Program-made: the position numbers and the translations under genes
Shown: in pieces, positions 20,742 to 34,070 of the stretch
How the letters are laid out: each line of letters starts with the position of its first letter
Numbering within the stretch: the stretch's first letter is position 1
The notes under the pieces: model-generated
Told to the model about the DNA's origin: nothing
Database searches by the model: none
Seen by the model: the letters and a program-made list of their open reading frames with translations, nothing else
NCBI GenBank assembly: GCA_016906335.1
Contig: JADEYG010000003.1
Location: 62,001 to 126,000 of the forward strand
Source: Novakomyces olei
Lineage: Eukaryota
Direction of reading: 5' to 3'
DNA length: 64,000 bases

Positions 20742-22134
20742 CTAAGAAAACATCTTCGAATAAGCAGCGCGCTCTCGTTTCTTTTGATCAGCCAGACGCT
20801 GTTTGACAGTTGTTAGTTCACGTTGGATGGCAGCATCGCCCGGGGCAAGCTTATCTGCCTCCTCCAAATCTTTCAAAGCAGCTTCCAACGTTCGTGTTTG
20901 AATCATCGCAGATCCCCGCCGGTACAATGCCTTGGCCTTATCCGCTGCGCTGATTTTTTCATTATCAAGAGCGCTGTTAGCAGCGTTAGCGGCATCTTGC
21001 CAACGTTCCAATTTGAGATAGCACAATGCCAAATTAAGAGCACTGGAAGTGGCAATGGCAGCCAACTGTGAGTTTGCTGCAGCATCTTCGCTAGAATCAG
21101 ATGGTACAAAATCTGCAGTATAGCGGATAGCCTTTTCATACTTTTGCGCTGCCTCTTCCAAGGCTCCTTGCTTAAATAAAGCATTTCCGTACCCCTTAAT
21201 ATCATTTGCTGCTTTAAGCAAATCCGCAGCATTTCTTTCACCCGTGTGGTCTTGAGGATAGTCTTCGTACGAGTCACCAGAAGCGTCCGACGCAGATGGA
21301 ACATCTTCGTCAGGCGAAAGTTCGCCGCAGTCCTCAATGGTAACATTATTGAGTGGATGATCTCCACTGTCGGTTTTGGTAGCCTCAATTCGCCGTACTA
21401 TAGACTTGCCGGCGATCACACGACCAAACACGACATGTTTCCCGTCCAAATGAGGTGTCTCCGTTGTAGTAATAAAGAATTGGCTGCCATTTGTTCCAGG
21501 ACCAGAGTTGGCCATACTCAACAAGAAAGGCTGGTCATGTTTTTCCTGGAAATTTTCGTCGTCAAATTTTTGGCCTACTTGTCAGTATTGGGTTTTCTTC
21601 TTTCCTCAATCTAGACTAAATTTTGTCTTTAATCTTCGTCCACTTGTTCCATTTCCCTTTTAATTTCAACTTAAAGCTCGCTTGTAGACCCCTTGTTCTC
21701 TAATTTCCAAGTCTTACCATAAATGCTCTCGCCACCAGTACCGTTGCCGGCAGTAAAATCACCGCCTTGAATCATAAACTGAATTGTTAGTGGCATCAAA
21801 AATATGGCACACGCTCAAGCCAAGTCGCTTGTAATACGAGGTAAAAAAAATATATGCTGTGCATCTAACACTTACATTACGAATAACGCGGTGAAAAGAA
21901 CTGCCCTTGTAGCTCAATGGCACACCACTGCTACCTGTGCCCTTTTCGCCCGTACATAGAGCCCGAAAATTATCTGCTGTTCGTGGAACAATATCAGAAT
22001 AGAGTTCAAAATACACGCGGCCCAATGTCTGACAATTAACAAAATGGACCAATATCCAAGTCTTTGTGTAAGCTTACCTTTCCGCCCTGAGCAATTTGAA
22101 AGTACACGCGCGGTCGTGTGCTTATTACTGCCAT
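20742..22134 (-). CDS. CPR6: Cyclophilin-40 type PPIase with TPR domain (4 exons)
   Basis: [80 protein letters not shown], and a TPR tail (KAKALYRRG...AAYSKMFS). Confidence 0.95.
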
Positions 22135-22266
22135 TTCCCTATATCTGTCGATGCAAGTCGAAGGCCAATTTAGAGTTGTAAATAATTTGGGTAAACCGTA
22201 CGAATACGATAGAACAATGATTATCAAAGTCTAAACGCATCCAATCTTTAGCGTCGAGCATTACTA

Positions 22267-22285
22267 TTAGGGTTAGTTAGGGTTA
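22267..22285. promoter_or_regulatory. TTAGGGTTAGTTAGGGTTA box in the divergent CPR6 / WLM-protease promoter
   Basis: Exact motif about 130 and 170 bp from the two ATGs. Confidence 0.65.
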
Positions 22286-22454
22286 TATTCGTATTAATAT
22301 TATAATATTATAATATTCTCAGTTTATAATTCATAATCTAGCACCTTCTCGCCTTACAAATCAATCCCACGCAATAATTATAATATTATTAAAATAATGT
22401 TATTATTATAAAAATAATAATAATAAAGCGCGCAGTTTTCGACAAACTGAAGCA

Positions 22455-23345
22455 ATGTCGGAGCAGGATTACAGAGTCAAAGCGACTTTCCGTGGAAAAT
22501 CCTTCGAATACAGACTGCCCTCGGCGGACGCAACAGTTGGCGATTTACGTGGCTTGTTAGCGCGTGATACACAGACGCCGTCGTCGCAGCTTAAATTACT
22601 ATACAAAGGCCGACTCGATGACGACACTGCCAGTCTTGCGTCGCGTATTGCCTCTGGCGCCACGGTGATGGTGCTGCTCTCTCCAAGCGCAGACCAAGTA
22701 ATGGTAATGAACAAGAACGCGGCAAAAGCTGTCGGGGACAGGTCTAAAACGGGTGCACGGCCGTTTACTCGCAGTGCCTCTTCAGTGAGCCGTTTGCCCT
22801 CCATTTCTTCGCCTTTTACGTTTAACGAGATCCGGACTCTGCCCGGGTTGCCCCGGCAACGGGAGGCTCAAGCCTACTTGGAGCGCTTACGCGACGACGC
22901 CGGGATCCGTGGGATTATGAAAAAGTACGCGTGGACGGTTCCCGTCCTGTCTGAACTTGATCCCGCGGCAAACACGGAACATGGCGGCAAGATGTACCTC
23001 GGCTTTAACGTTAACGCCGGCTCGGAGATACAGCTCCGTATCCGGACCGACGACTACTCTGGGTTTCGGCATTATCCGACAGTGCGATACGCTCTGCTCC
23101 ACGAATTAACCCATAACCGGTTCGGCGATCATGACGCGGCCTTCCATCGGTTCTTGAACCAGCTGGAACGTGACGTAATCGCTCTTGATCCGTACGGAAG
23201 CGAGGGCCATTCGCTGTCGCGTGTACCGGCTGTTGCTGTGGACGAAACGGATGCTGACGTACGCGAACAACGACGGGAACTAGTACGGCAGGCGGCTTTG
23301 AAAAGGCAGCAAGACCAGAAACCGACAGAGCCGCGGTCGGATTAG
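22455..23345 (+). CDS. Ubiquitin-like domain plus WLM metalloprotease (Wss1-family)
   Basis: N-terminal UBL (QLKLLYKG), WTVPVLSELDP, LGFNVNAG-EIQLRIRTDDYSGFRHY, and the HELTH zinc motif. Confidence 0.9.
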   Translation: MSEQDYRVKATFRGKSFEYRLPSADATVGDLRGLLARDTQTPSSQLKLLYKGRLDDDTASLASRIASGATVMVLLSPSADQVMVMNKNAAKAVGDRSKTGARPFTRSASSVSRLPSISSPFTFNEIRTLPGLPRQREAQAYLERLRDDAGIRGIMKKYAWTVPVLSELDPAANTEHGGKMYLGFNVNAGSEIQLRIRTDDYSGFRHYPTVRYALLHELTHNRFGDHDAAFHRFLNQLERDVIALDPYGSEGHSLSRVPAVAVDETDADVREQRRELVRQAALKRQQDQKPTEPRSD

Positions 23346-24079
23346 TATTTCTGCCTTTGTCTTAAATATCATTGGTTTTGGTTGCCCGTTTACTCGAAGC
23401 GAAGGGCAGAGTTTCCTGGTGTTATCAATATTCTGAGTGCTCTGTGGACTAATGTTTTATGTCTATTTATGTATTAATTTGTTTATTAGAGAATGGAGAG
23501 TTCAAATTTTGTACCCTGTTTGTTGATTGTTGGGATTTTTATTGAGATTTTAATATCTTATTTTTGCTAATGTCTTGCCAAACAGGTCTGTACGGTAACG
23601 AGTTTGTGAGCACATACGATATACATTTTGTGCACAGACAGAGGGTTGTATAAAAGACAGATGGTTGTATAATAAAATCGTTGCTTTTACTATTAGAATC
23701 TATATCAAACCCATAATCCACTCTGTTATCCTCTGCTTGATTCTGGAACCAGGCAAAACAAGTTGCCAACACTATCCAAATACAAACAACCACGGCAACA
23801 ATCGGCTCTAAACAAGACGAACACAAGTCAAAGGTAGAAGAATAGTAGCAGCAAACACACGCACACTCGAAAACCCAAAATACACTAAACTAGAGACAAA
23901 TTATATGGTCAAGAGCAATAAAAACAAAACACAAATAAACAAAGGGCACGATTTTAAACAGAAAAAAATAAAATAAAAAAATACAGCAAGAGTCCCACAA
24001 GATATATATATGCGGAAAAAAAAACAAACAGATAAATCTTTGAGCGGCCGAGACGCAAAGTAGCGGCTTGCTTGTTCAT

Positions 24080-25709
24080 TTACGAAAAATTGAACCGACG
24101 CGAGGCGAGATACGCGGCAAGTGCGACCAGTAAAATAAGCCCAAGCACACCGAAAAACCAGCCTAGATTTTCCACGCTTTGTCCAGGCACCTGCACATTC
24201 ATACCAAAAAGGCCCGTAATAACGTTCATGGGCACAAGCACGGTACCAAGCAGTGTTACCCGGCCGAGCAACTCGTTTATACGGTTGTTGCCGCGAATAG
24301 CGTCGACAGACAAGTAAGCCAAGTAATTAGAATGAGAGCGGGACAAGATCTTTTCAAACTGCGACAAGGACGACGTCATTGTGATTAAATGGTCCTGAAT
24401 ATCGCCCAGGAACAGTCCGATTTCACCCGTCGGGGCAACGTTCCAATTTTCATTGCACCTTTTGGAAAACATCTTTATAACGTCCGCTTTCCCGTACAGC
24501 AAACGGTACATTTGCATAACATTGCGACGGCACTCGGCAATTCTGCGCAGTAATTCTCCGTTTTCATCGGCCCTCGCCAAAAGGACATCGTCCTCAATCG
24601 CGTCTGTTTCGTGTTCAATGTACCTGATCTGTGGAACAAACTCGTCGACAATATTATCAATTAACGCATAAGAAATCCAGTCGGACGTAACATGCACATA
24701 GTCACGCAGCTGACGGATCCGCCGCCTTACATTTGCTGGGTGCGGTGCTGGTGAAAAGTGGAAAGTGAGCACACCCGTTTTGAAGACGACAATGTACATA
24801 TTCAGTGGCTCCAGGTAATCCGGGTCCCTTCGGTCAGAGACAAAAGAACGGAAAGTGATAAAGTAGTAGCCGCGGAAAAGCTCCACCTTTTCACGAGTTT
24901 CCTGTACCCTAATATCCTCAGCCGTCAGCGGGTGGATAGAGAAGGCCTTGGCCAGCATTTTCATCTCGCTGTCGCTAGGCGCAAGCACATCGAGCCACCA
25001 GACTCCGTGGTCGGAGCTGAAAAGGTCACGGACACTGTCTTCCTCTCCCAGCAGATCCTCAAACTCTTGGGCATGTCGAGTCTCATCTACTTTGGACCGG
25101 AAAAGCGAAAATCTGTCGGGAGCAAATTCGCTGTGTGCCTGAGACACTACACGTGCCAGCCGAGCATCAGCAACTGCCTCCCCGTCAGCCATTTTTGCTC
25201 CCAATCTAAATCTGTCGTCTTGCGCATTGCCAATACTAGACTCTCCGTCCCCTGAGGAAGACTGCTTTTCTTTCAAGTCTGACCATTTCTCCTCCATTGC
25301 CTTTCTGTCCGCCCGCAGCGACTGCAAGTTGGGCATATCCAGTGCTGGAGGCTCAGTCACAGGAACGGCCATACTGTAATTGCGTGGACGCTTGAAGCTG
25401 ATGCTGGATCCACGACGCAGCTTCTTCTTTCTCCTCTCCTGCCGCTGGACTTTTAAAAAGTGTTCGATTTCATCAAAGTCAATATCACTCTCGTTCTCCG
25501 ACTCTGAGTCCATTGGGAAACAGACATCGCCAGAGGCTCCGTCCGAGTACTCTCCGTTTGAATTCAGCCGCGAAACTTGACTGTCGACAGAGTTTCTGCT
25601 CGAGGTATCATCAATTGCATGTTCCAAGTCGGGCCTGTCCGTCAGTCGGACTTTGGGAGGTTTTATTGTACTCGTTCGCCTTTGCGAACTGGACCCGGGC
25701 ACGGGTCCA

Positions 25710-25756
<47 letters not shown>

Positions 25757-26260
25757 GTTTGTACTGTCCGCTCTACGCGAAACTGGGACGGCCTCTCCGT
25801 TTTCGTCGGAACTGGAAGACGACGACTGTTCTTGTGGGTGGAGATCATCAAACCCGCTTATAATATCAGCGTCTGAAGCCTCGAGGCCGTCAAAAACAGG
25901 AGACGCACCAATCACGTGCTGGCTGCTTTCCGTAGAGAATACGGGATGGTTATGATTGCTCTCGCCGTCTCCGTCTTGCTCGACTGCCTCTTCGGCCCGA
26001 TCATTGGCAAAAACTGGTTCGCCAGCACTAGCTGAACCGGCCGAGTTCGATCGGGCCCGGCTAGCGCTGCTGCGTGAGCCGGCACGTGCTACACCAGGAG
26101 CCGGCACGTGCAAAAGATCCACACGGTCCATGCTTGATCGCGAAAGAGCACGCTGCTGGGCTCGATGGTCCAGAATATCAGGTGTCCCCGGGTTTCCTCC
26201 CGGGTTTCCCGCCGGGTTTCCCGGTACAGCGGAAGAGCTTGTAACGTTTCCCGGTGCCAT
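24080..26260 (-). CDS. ALR1: CorA-family Mg2+ transporter, Alr1-like
   Basis: WWLDV, AFSIHPLTAEDIRVQETREKVELF, and the GLFGMNV signature with two C-terminal TM helices. Contains a (GCA)14 poly-Ala tract at 25712-25753. Confidence 0.93.
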
Positions 26261-26513
26261 ATTCAAACGGGAAAAGAAAATCTGGTAATAAAATTCGTGC
26301 TAGTAAACGAGTAAACTCGTAGGCCAACAGTCTCAGGCAGACGTCTGTAAAGGCAGTGCGTGCGCTGTCTGAGCGCACACAGCAGCCAGTTTTGCGGAAT
26401 GAATGTCCAGTGTTGCCAACACTGCAGCTGGACAAAAGGGCAACGATTGTACTGTAGTGTTTTCACAGTTCTGTTTAGCAGCCTTTGTGAAAGCAGCCTT
26501 TCAAATATCAAGA

Positions 26514-26630
26514 CTGGAACAGTCTTGTACTGAAGAGTCTTGTACTGGAAAGTTTTGTACTAAAAATTTTGTAATGAAAAAGTCCTGTACTGAAGAGTCT
26601 TGTTCTGAAAAGCCTTGTACTAAAAAAGCC
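26514..26630. repeat. ~15-bp imperfect tandem repeat (AGTCTTGTACTGAAG) upstream of ALR1
   Basis: Read directly. Further simple repeats lie at ~27250-27320 (10-bp CATTATTCT-type) and ~27605-27680 (6-bp GATTT[T/A]). Confidence 0.8.
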
Positions 26631-28728
26631 TTACGGTGGTTTCCAAAGAGACTCAGAGCCAAACAACGGCGCGCTGGCGGCGCGGTTTAGCCAGAGTCCT
26701 GTGTAGGCGTAAATGTGGCCCTGCGCCAACGCGTAGAGACCAAAGTGTCCGGAAGCCAACTTGGAACTACCTGCGCACTTGGCGAGAGAAGAGCAAATCA
26801 ATCCAGTAATAAAGGAGACGAATGGGCACCGAGCAAAGGTCAATCGAGAACCAGATCGGCAGGCGAAAAAGATTCAGGTCTTACACAGTGCGATTGGTAA
26901 AGACGAGATCTCGTACGAGTCAGAGACCGAGTAAAAGACAAGTAAAGCACGAGCAAGTGTCGAACTGCTTAGAGACTTGTCGTTAACTTTTACAGAATTC
27001 GTGGGCCTTTTTTCACTTACCCGCACGATTACCGAACCGCTGGAGACCTATGGGAGATCAAAAGGAGACTGTGCGGCGAGAAAAGGGATAGAGCTCGCGG
27101 CGAAAGGTGTGCAGTACGTTCAAACTTTTAACGTTCAAATCTGTACTGTACTCCCTTTCTGCGAATCTGTTGATTGAAAAGATCCCTTTTGACGGAGTAA
27201 AGAGGATTCTTTCCACACTCAATATTTCACGCCACTAGTACCATAGTCTTACATTATTCTGCATAATTTTGCATTATTCTATATTGTTTTACATTATTCC
27301 ACATAATTTTACATTATTCTAACCGTCGCCTATTATTCTCCCTTTTTGTCTCTCCCGCGTCCGACTCGCCTGAAATTTTCTACTATATTATTACTTTATC
27401 GTATCCACCCTACGCCGTACATTTAAGCATTGTCAGGGTATTCTGTACACGTGCGGCAGCTGCTCTACAAAACTTGCCTTGAAAGGCACATTTGGGGCGG
27501 ACGAGGGCGGACGAGCCGGCGTTGTTTGCTTAAATTGAAGCCACTCTCGCCTGTCTTAAATGCACGCATGACCGATGGCAGCAATGGTGAGTCTTTAACA
27601 ATTCAGATTTTGATTTAGATTTAGATTTAGATTTTGATTTTGATTTAATTTTAGATTTAGATTAAATTTAAATTTAGACTTGGATGTATTTCGCATACTT
27701 CTGTTTCTGTGGTTTATAAAGTTTCATATCGTACAGTCGTGCTTATAGTTTACACGTAAGATTAGATATGTCGAGTTTTAGAAACGTACAATATATTCAG
27801 TACATTTTCGCGACAACGGGATCGTATTTTCGTGGATGAACAAGTGGTGCAGAGCAGCGCAGGATATATACTAGCTTGGGCAGCGGCGGCTTAATTCCAA
27901 AAATTTGCCAATCATGGACACAGTCACGGCGGCTGCTCGTGGTCTGCTTTTCCAATCAAACATTGATTTTGCGGGTCAAAAGCACGCAGACCGGCTAGCA
28001 CAGTATATAATCAGTGCATTCAGCGTAAATATCCCATCCTTTTATTCTTTGCACTGACAATTTAAGGTAATAGCTCTTGCCGCGGGATTTATACTGCAGG
28101 ATTTATTTGCTCTCGTGGTAGTTATGGCTTCGGGATTGGTTACCGCGCTTATTGTCGCTGTGCCACCTTGGCCAATGTATCGCAAACACCCTCTGCACTG
28201 GCGGCCGAGCAAGAGTTCTTGAGACAATTCTATTTTGCATCGCACTCTATAGCCTGTATACTTTACTGGTGCTATAAAACGCCGGCTTTGATTCTCTTTT
28301 AAACAGCATACTGTGCGAACTTTTGGCTATTAAAAGCATTAACTGCGAGTACATTTAGCCGTTTGGTTTTACGACACTTTACGGGCCTACCGATAATGTT
28401 ATGTGGCGCGTCCATAATCTGGCTCAATTGAGATTTTGTTTGGTGATCGTATTAGAAGCATTTATTTGTTGGCCATACAGAATCGTTGAAACCCTGTGTC
28501 CAATAATCGAATATATATTTGCATTCTCTTTATATACCTTTCTACCACAACAATGAATCGTGGAACTCACCATTCTTCCTCTGCATTCTCTGGTAATTTT
28601 TAAATTATAAGGAGAGAATAAGCGAATCCCTTAAAACTGTCCATTAAAGCCCGCGTATTCGTATTTATTGTCAAAAAACGGGCTTTGGATATATTTAATT
28701 GCTTTCAATAGTATTCACAACATCCGTC

Positions 28729-30273
28729 TTATTTGGACATGCTATCGCGGAAACTTTGAGAGCTGGCGCTCATTGTCCGCTGATTAGCAACTGGCAACGT
28801 TGCGGTGCGTGAATTTTGCTTGCTTTGATTCTGCTTGGCCACAGCGTACACAATCCCTGAAACAAATCCAATGGCAATCGCGGTAATAGAAAACATTGTG
28901 ACGGGTGCATCAAAAAACACAATGCCGGCAATAGCGATAGGAAGTTTGTTCAAAGAGCCCACAAAGCTATAAGTAGTAGAAGACGTTACCCGCACACACC
29001 AAGCAGAAGTGTAGGAAATGCCCACAGTAGACAAGCCGGAAAAGATCATCGACCAGATTACGGCCTGACGATGATCGGGTGGGAAGTTTATATCAACGTT
29101 CTCACCGCTCCAGTCCTCCATTAATATCGAGCAAAGTAGTAAAACAGGGACAGTGAGCAAATTGTTGTAGAACATGGCTACATCGTATCAGTACGTTTAA
29201 GATTGAAATAACAACAACAGTAAAGGTAATAATGTTTTCACGAGCTACTTACTGTCGAAATCTTTAAAGTTGGTAAGTTTAATCCGCTTGCGCATTCCCA
29301 ACACGTACAGCGCAGTAGTAACACAGTTTGAAAACATCCAAATGTATCCACTACTCAGCTGAGCAAGAGAATTTGCCTGTTGGGAGGGATTGGTAAAAGA
29401 GGAGATGACGGCTTGTACGTCGGCCCAGGCTGCAATCACGGATGAAAGAACCATAAGTCCAAAGGAGAATAGAGTCAATCCCGTGACGGTCCCTCCAAAC
29501 CACAATACCTCGCCGTAGGCAATCAAAATTATGGTCAAATTTTTGAAAATGGTGTATACCGGAATAGACAGGTACTGCAGACTTTCAGAGTTAGCGACAA
29601 CTATCCAGCTTTCAATACTTACGCTTTACTGCTTGTGTACGTCATCAATACCAGAAGCAGCGAAATAGGGAACCCTAGAAGCATAAGCAGTGTATTGAAT
29701 ATTAATCGACATACACTTTTTGGCCTCCGCCACATCAAAATCGCGAAACGTGATAACTTTGAATTGTTTGCCGATTTGAATTGCCATTACGGCGACGAGA
29801 GACTAGAATTAGAGTACTGTTGGCATTGCAGAAAGGACTCATTAATTCTGTGATCAATCGCTTAAAAGTACTCGGAAAATAATTTGCTTAATTGATTAAA
29901 GGAAAAGATTAGGAAACAGAAAAGAATACAGATGAATAGAGTCTGACACAATGGAAATATATAAACGCGAACAGTCAAGAAATGATTAGCCACGTACTTG
30001 AATCATAAGAAGGAAGAAGTTGAGATTAAAAGTGCCCGACAGCACATATTTATTGGTGGTTGTCATGAGAATCGATGCAATACAATAGCTTAATACAGGA
30101 ACCAGAGGATTGCTGATTATTAGTATAGTTTAATTATCTAAACCCTACTTGAGAAAGTGTGAAACTTCGGAAGAGAAACCAGAAGCCTTTGCTGGCCGGT
30201 AGAGATCATCGTCAACAGGTTCGTTTGTCGAGAACGTCGAAAGTTTGATATTGTCCTCTTTTGCATTGGCCAT
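28729..30273 (-). CDS. VRG4: Golgi GDP-mannose transporter (multi-exon)
   Basis: Exons translate to [68 protein letters not shown] and [21 protein letters not shown] (GALNK-type motif). Confidence 0.95.
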
Positions 30274-31711
30274 TATCGTGTTTGATCCTTTAAAAGATAT
30301 TTAGCGCTGTTTGGTTGTCTTTAACTCACTTTACGCCCAAAGACGCGTTAGGTACAGAAATGATCAGTAAGGCCGTTTAGACCGGTAAATAATCAAGCGC
30401 GAGACTAAATCGAGAGCTGGATCAAATTATATGCCAGATACAAGTCAGTTTTGTTCTGACTTATGAACCTCAAACCAGCCGGATTGAAGCGATTGATACG
30501 AGTTATCTGGTGTTTTGCAACTGTTTTCGTGTTTTGCTCGGTATTATATGTATTTTTTGTCTATTATCTTACATTACATGCGAAAGTTCAATGGGACAAA
30601 TTCTTTATTTTGTGCGCTTAAATCTACGGCATATTGTGCTAACCTAGCATAGACGTTGGGTCGCTGCCAATATCATATATTATAGATCAAACAAATATAT
30701 GTTGCCTAAAGTTTATAGTATAAATTTTATATAAAATAGTAATATTTAATATTAATATATAATATGTATGTTAGGACCCAAACCAATATTTGAATTAAAA
30801 CCTAACTATCCAATCCTTATCAAAATAAACAAGGTAGCAGCGCTATTGCAATATAGGCGAAACTATAGGATAACGGCGTCTTGAATCAACCATAGTTTCA
30901 AAGCACTATAATCAATATTAAATTACGTAGAGCTATGGGGTAATGGGTCCCTTTAATAGACCACGGGCGATCGAGCAAATGCATCTTTCGTTCCCTTTGT
31001 ATACCATTTCCAATAAGAATCACTTAAGTGGTTTAAGTGGCTACAAGGAGATAAACCAGGGGTAGCCCAATGTTAGATTATCATGACACGATGTTGAGCT
31101 AGAGCCCTTTCAATGAACAGTAATATCTTAAATATATAATAAATTTACTAATTAATTATATTAATAATTAAGATATAATGTTTAGGTGCAAACCTAACAA
31201 GCTATATTCATGTACTAAATAGTAAATAAATAAAATTAGGTGGTAAAAAGGAATAATAGATCAATTTCGAACAGCGAAAAAATGAACATATATTATATCC
31301 AAATCATAGTAAATAGCTTGTATCACTTAGTTGAAAATCCTTGATAGCCACCTGCCAATAGAATCCGGGCACGCTCATCGCCGTAAATAGTTGCAATGTG
31401 TCATTGCGTGGGATGATTAATCTTCAAATATTTTAGAACCGAGATTCAAATTCTGCCATCAATTCGTTCCTGTGAGTAAAGCATGATTTTTACATTATTG
31501 TACCCAAAATGCCCTCCTTCTATCTTGTCCATACACCTATAGTGATCAAATATATATATATATGCAAAAAAGGCCGCATTTGCGAACCTGACACCGAGTT
31601 ATGGGCAGAGAATGGCCTCATTTTATAATATTAAAAAACAAAATAGCGCACGTCGATAGCCAGTACACAATTTTAAATCACACCCTATTGTTCCACAAAC
31701 AACCAAACAAC

Positions 31712-31903
31712 ATGGCTTCTTCCAGTTTGCGACCCGAATTTACTAGCCTTGTTCGCCAAATTCATGAAATAGCAACGGGTGTTTCTGGTCTGCTACATTT
31801 GCCGATTTTCGACCAAGGTGCAAGGTGCAAACATCCTTGAGCAATTGAGGCTGCTTCACGAAAATAGTGAGAGGCACTTTGAGGCCTACGATAGGCAGTT
31901 TCA
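31712..31903 (+). pseudogene. Disrupted copy of the DUF1773-like gene
   Basis: MASSSLRPEFTSLV... A 7-bp duplication CAAGGTG (31814-31827) frameshifts to TGA at 31838. Most of the stalk and both C-terminal exons are deleted. Confidence 0.9.
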
Positions 31904-32071
31904 TAAGATATCATTTCATTAATAAATTTAAATATTGAAAAAGATGGGAAGATTCCCCAAATAAGTTCCACGTTGTCAAGCAAGCAAATTAACGGAGAGT
32001 GATATGAATCAGTCACCCTCGCTTTATATCAAGGGCACTTAAGATAGCTTTCGAGTCTCCTCGCTGGCGCC

Positions 32072-32275
32072 ATGAAGCCCTCAATCGACATAGGTGCGTA
32101 AATTCTACGAGAGCTGAAGTTGATCGGTAAGGCTATGGATGAGGGATTTGACAGTATGGATAAGCACTTTGACGACATGGAGGACAATTTTAACAGACTA
32201 ATTGAACGCCTTGATCGCACAGTGGCTGGCATGAGAGAGCGAGCTGTTGCCAACGATATCCGCATTGAGGTATAG
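32072..32275 (+). pseudogene. Disrupted ORF1 copy (ORF1-B)
   Basis: GAA>TAA at codon 10 (32099-32101). It is 84 bp (4 x 21 nt) shorter than ORF1-A. Confidence 0.8.
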
Positions 32276-32533
32276 AGTTTTACTTTCCTTGAAGACTATC
32301 AAATTTACTCGTATTATGAACTGATCGCAATATATTATTTTTAGCAAGCCTATTCGGTTTTTCAAGGCCGCAATTATGGACACGCGAAATAGCGGTTTTC
32401 GAAACAGCACGAGTTTAAGGATCTATGTCATAATCCTACTATACACGTAGGCGATAGCATTATCGTATTATCAATTTAATTTATATTTATTATACTGCAT
32501 TTCAGACAGCTTTCGAGTCTCCTCGCTGGCTCC

Positions 32534-32740
32534 ATGAAGCCTCCAATCGACATAGGTGCCGAAATTCTACAAGAGCTGATGCTGATCCGTAAAGCTATGG
32601 ATGAGCGCTTTGACGATATAGAAGACAATGTTAACAGCCTTACTGAACGCCTTGATCGCACAGTGTCCGGCATGAGTGAGCGAGTTATTGCCAACTTAAT
32701 CCTTATCAAGGCACTTGAGGCTATTAGAAGTTACTCGTGA
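32534..32740 (+). CDS. 68-aa helix/stalk-only ORF (ORF2-B), intact
   Basis: Near-identical to 17439-17648. It is the only open cassette ORF in copy B. Confidence 0.55.
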   Translation: MKPPIDIGAEILQELMLIRKAMDERFDDIEDNVNSLTERLDRTVSGMSERVIANLILIKALEAIRSYS

Positions 32741-32791
32741 CTGATCTTGGAGCCAATCTATATAGTCTTCAGCCATAGTAAGCCAGAGTAA

Positions 32792-32811
32792 GTTAGGCTT
32801 AGGGTTAGTTA
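32792..32811. promoter_or_regulatory. TTAGGG-box variant (GTTAGGCTTAGGGTTAGTTA) upstream of the phosducin-like gene; duplicated at 17372-17391
   Basis: About 225 bp upstream of the ATG at 33036. Confidence 0.5.
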
Positions 32812-33035
32812 TCTTACGCATACACTAACTGTTATAAATGCTAGCAGAAATAATCTTTAATATATCTTTTCACAAAACGAGGAGCATTTTACAGAATAAG
32901 TTCTATAGTATTAGCAATATATACGTCGTACGCGACTGTGATCAAGAAACTTCATGTATAATATAATATAGTGAATTTAAGTATATCGATAAATTAACGC
33001 GCCAGTTCGCGATAGGCAGACAAGTCCTTTTGGCA

Positions 33036-34070
33036 ATGGCGGCGAGGGTCGATGAGCTAGCAAACGTATATGCCCGCGACGTGCGGCAAACAAAAGAGTC
33101 CGTGGAACAAGACGATTTGGCAGACATTATTGACGCGGAGGAGGACGACGGTTTTAGTCTCGGAGCTTATCGCGAGGCACGTCGTGAACAGCTCGCGAAG
33201 GAGTAAGTCTAGACTTTTTTGTGGACTATTTCTTATCGTTCAACAGGCTTCAAAAGGCGCAGTTGCTTCACAAGGAAGGCCATGGCGCTATTCATAATTG
33301 TTCTTCGGAGAAGGAGTTTCTTGATCTATCTGTGTATGTGACCCCTAAGAACGAATAATATGGACAAGACACGATCCCGACGATAACGACGACAACTAAC
33401 GTGTAAAGAAAGACCAAGGTTATGATTGGTAGTGTATATCACAAGGATTTCCGGCGCTGTGAAATTTTGCGGCGGCACCTGGAGGTATCATTGGGCTCTT
33501 TGTATTAGTTTACGGCATTTCTCATCAGTTTCTATGCTTTTGTTAAATACCTTTTTTTATTATTTTTTATTTTATTATTTTAATTTTTTTTTGCCAGTCT
33601 ATCTCCAACGCTCGTTTCTCACTACATCGCTAACCTAACACTACAATCTAGACTCTCGCTGAAAAGCATTGGCGGACAAAATTTGTGAGTTTAAATGCTC
33701 AAGAAGCGCCCTTTCTGTGCACTAAACTGGGGATCCGCATACTCCCTTGCGTGCTACTTTTTCGAGACGGTCATCTCGTGGACCGGTATTACTTTGCCAT
33801 AGCTGTATGCTATAGACTAAATATCTAGTATTGTCGGATTTGATGATTTGGGGAATCGGGATGACTTTCCGACTCTAGCCTTGGAGGAGCGCATTTCGCG
33901 CAGTGGTACGGAAAGAGAGACTGCTTGTCGCTGATAGCTTAGGTGTATTTTCCGCGTCAGGCGAGACGCCTAATGTGGCACGTAAGAGCGATTGGATGAC
34001 GAGGTCGTTGAACAAGACTAGTTTGTCGAAGCCTCGAGACGATAGTGACGATGACTTGGATATTGATTGA
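33036..34070 (+). CDS. PLP1: Phosducin-like / thioredoxin-fold protein (Plp1/TXNDC9-like), many short exons
   Basis: Not in the ORF track. Exons give MAARVDELA...AYREARREQLAKE, EGHGAIH, HKDFRRCEILRRHLE, LAEKHWRTKFVSLNAQEAPFLCTKLGIRILPCV, VGFDDLGNRDDFPT-ALEERI, ending DSDDDLDID*. Confidence 0.9.

Larger units (their letters stand above)
30811..33035 (+). repeat. Copy B of the inverted duplication (~2.2 kb; lacks ~0.83-0.88 kb present in copy A)
   Basis: Collinear with the reverse complement of 17154-20357. Internal deletion junction at ~31903. Confidence 0.95.

Noticed and set aside
17154-33035. Inverted repeats as terminal inverted repeats of one large DNA transposon
   Set aside because: No transposase, no target-site duplication seen, the interior is housekeeping genes, and one end is the PLP1 promoter.
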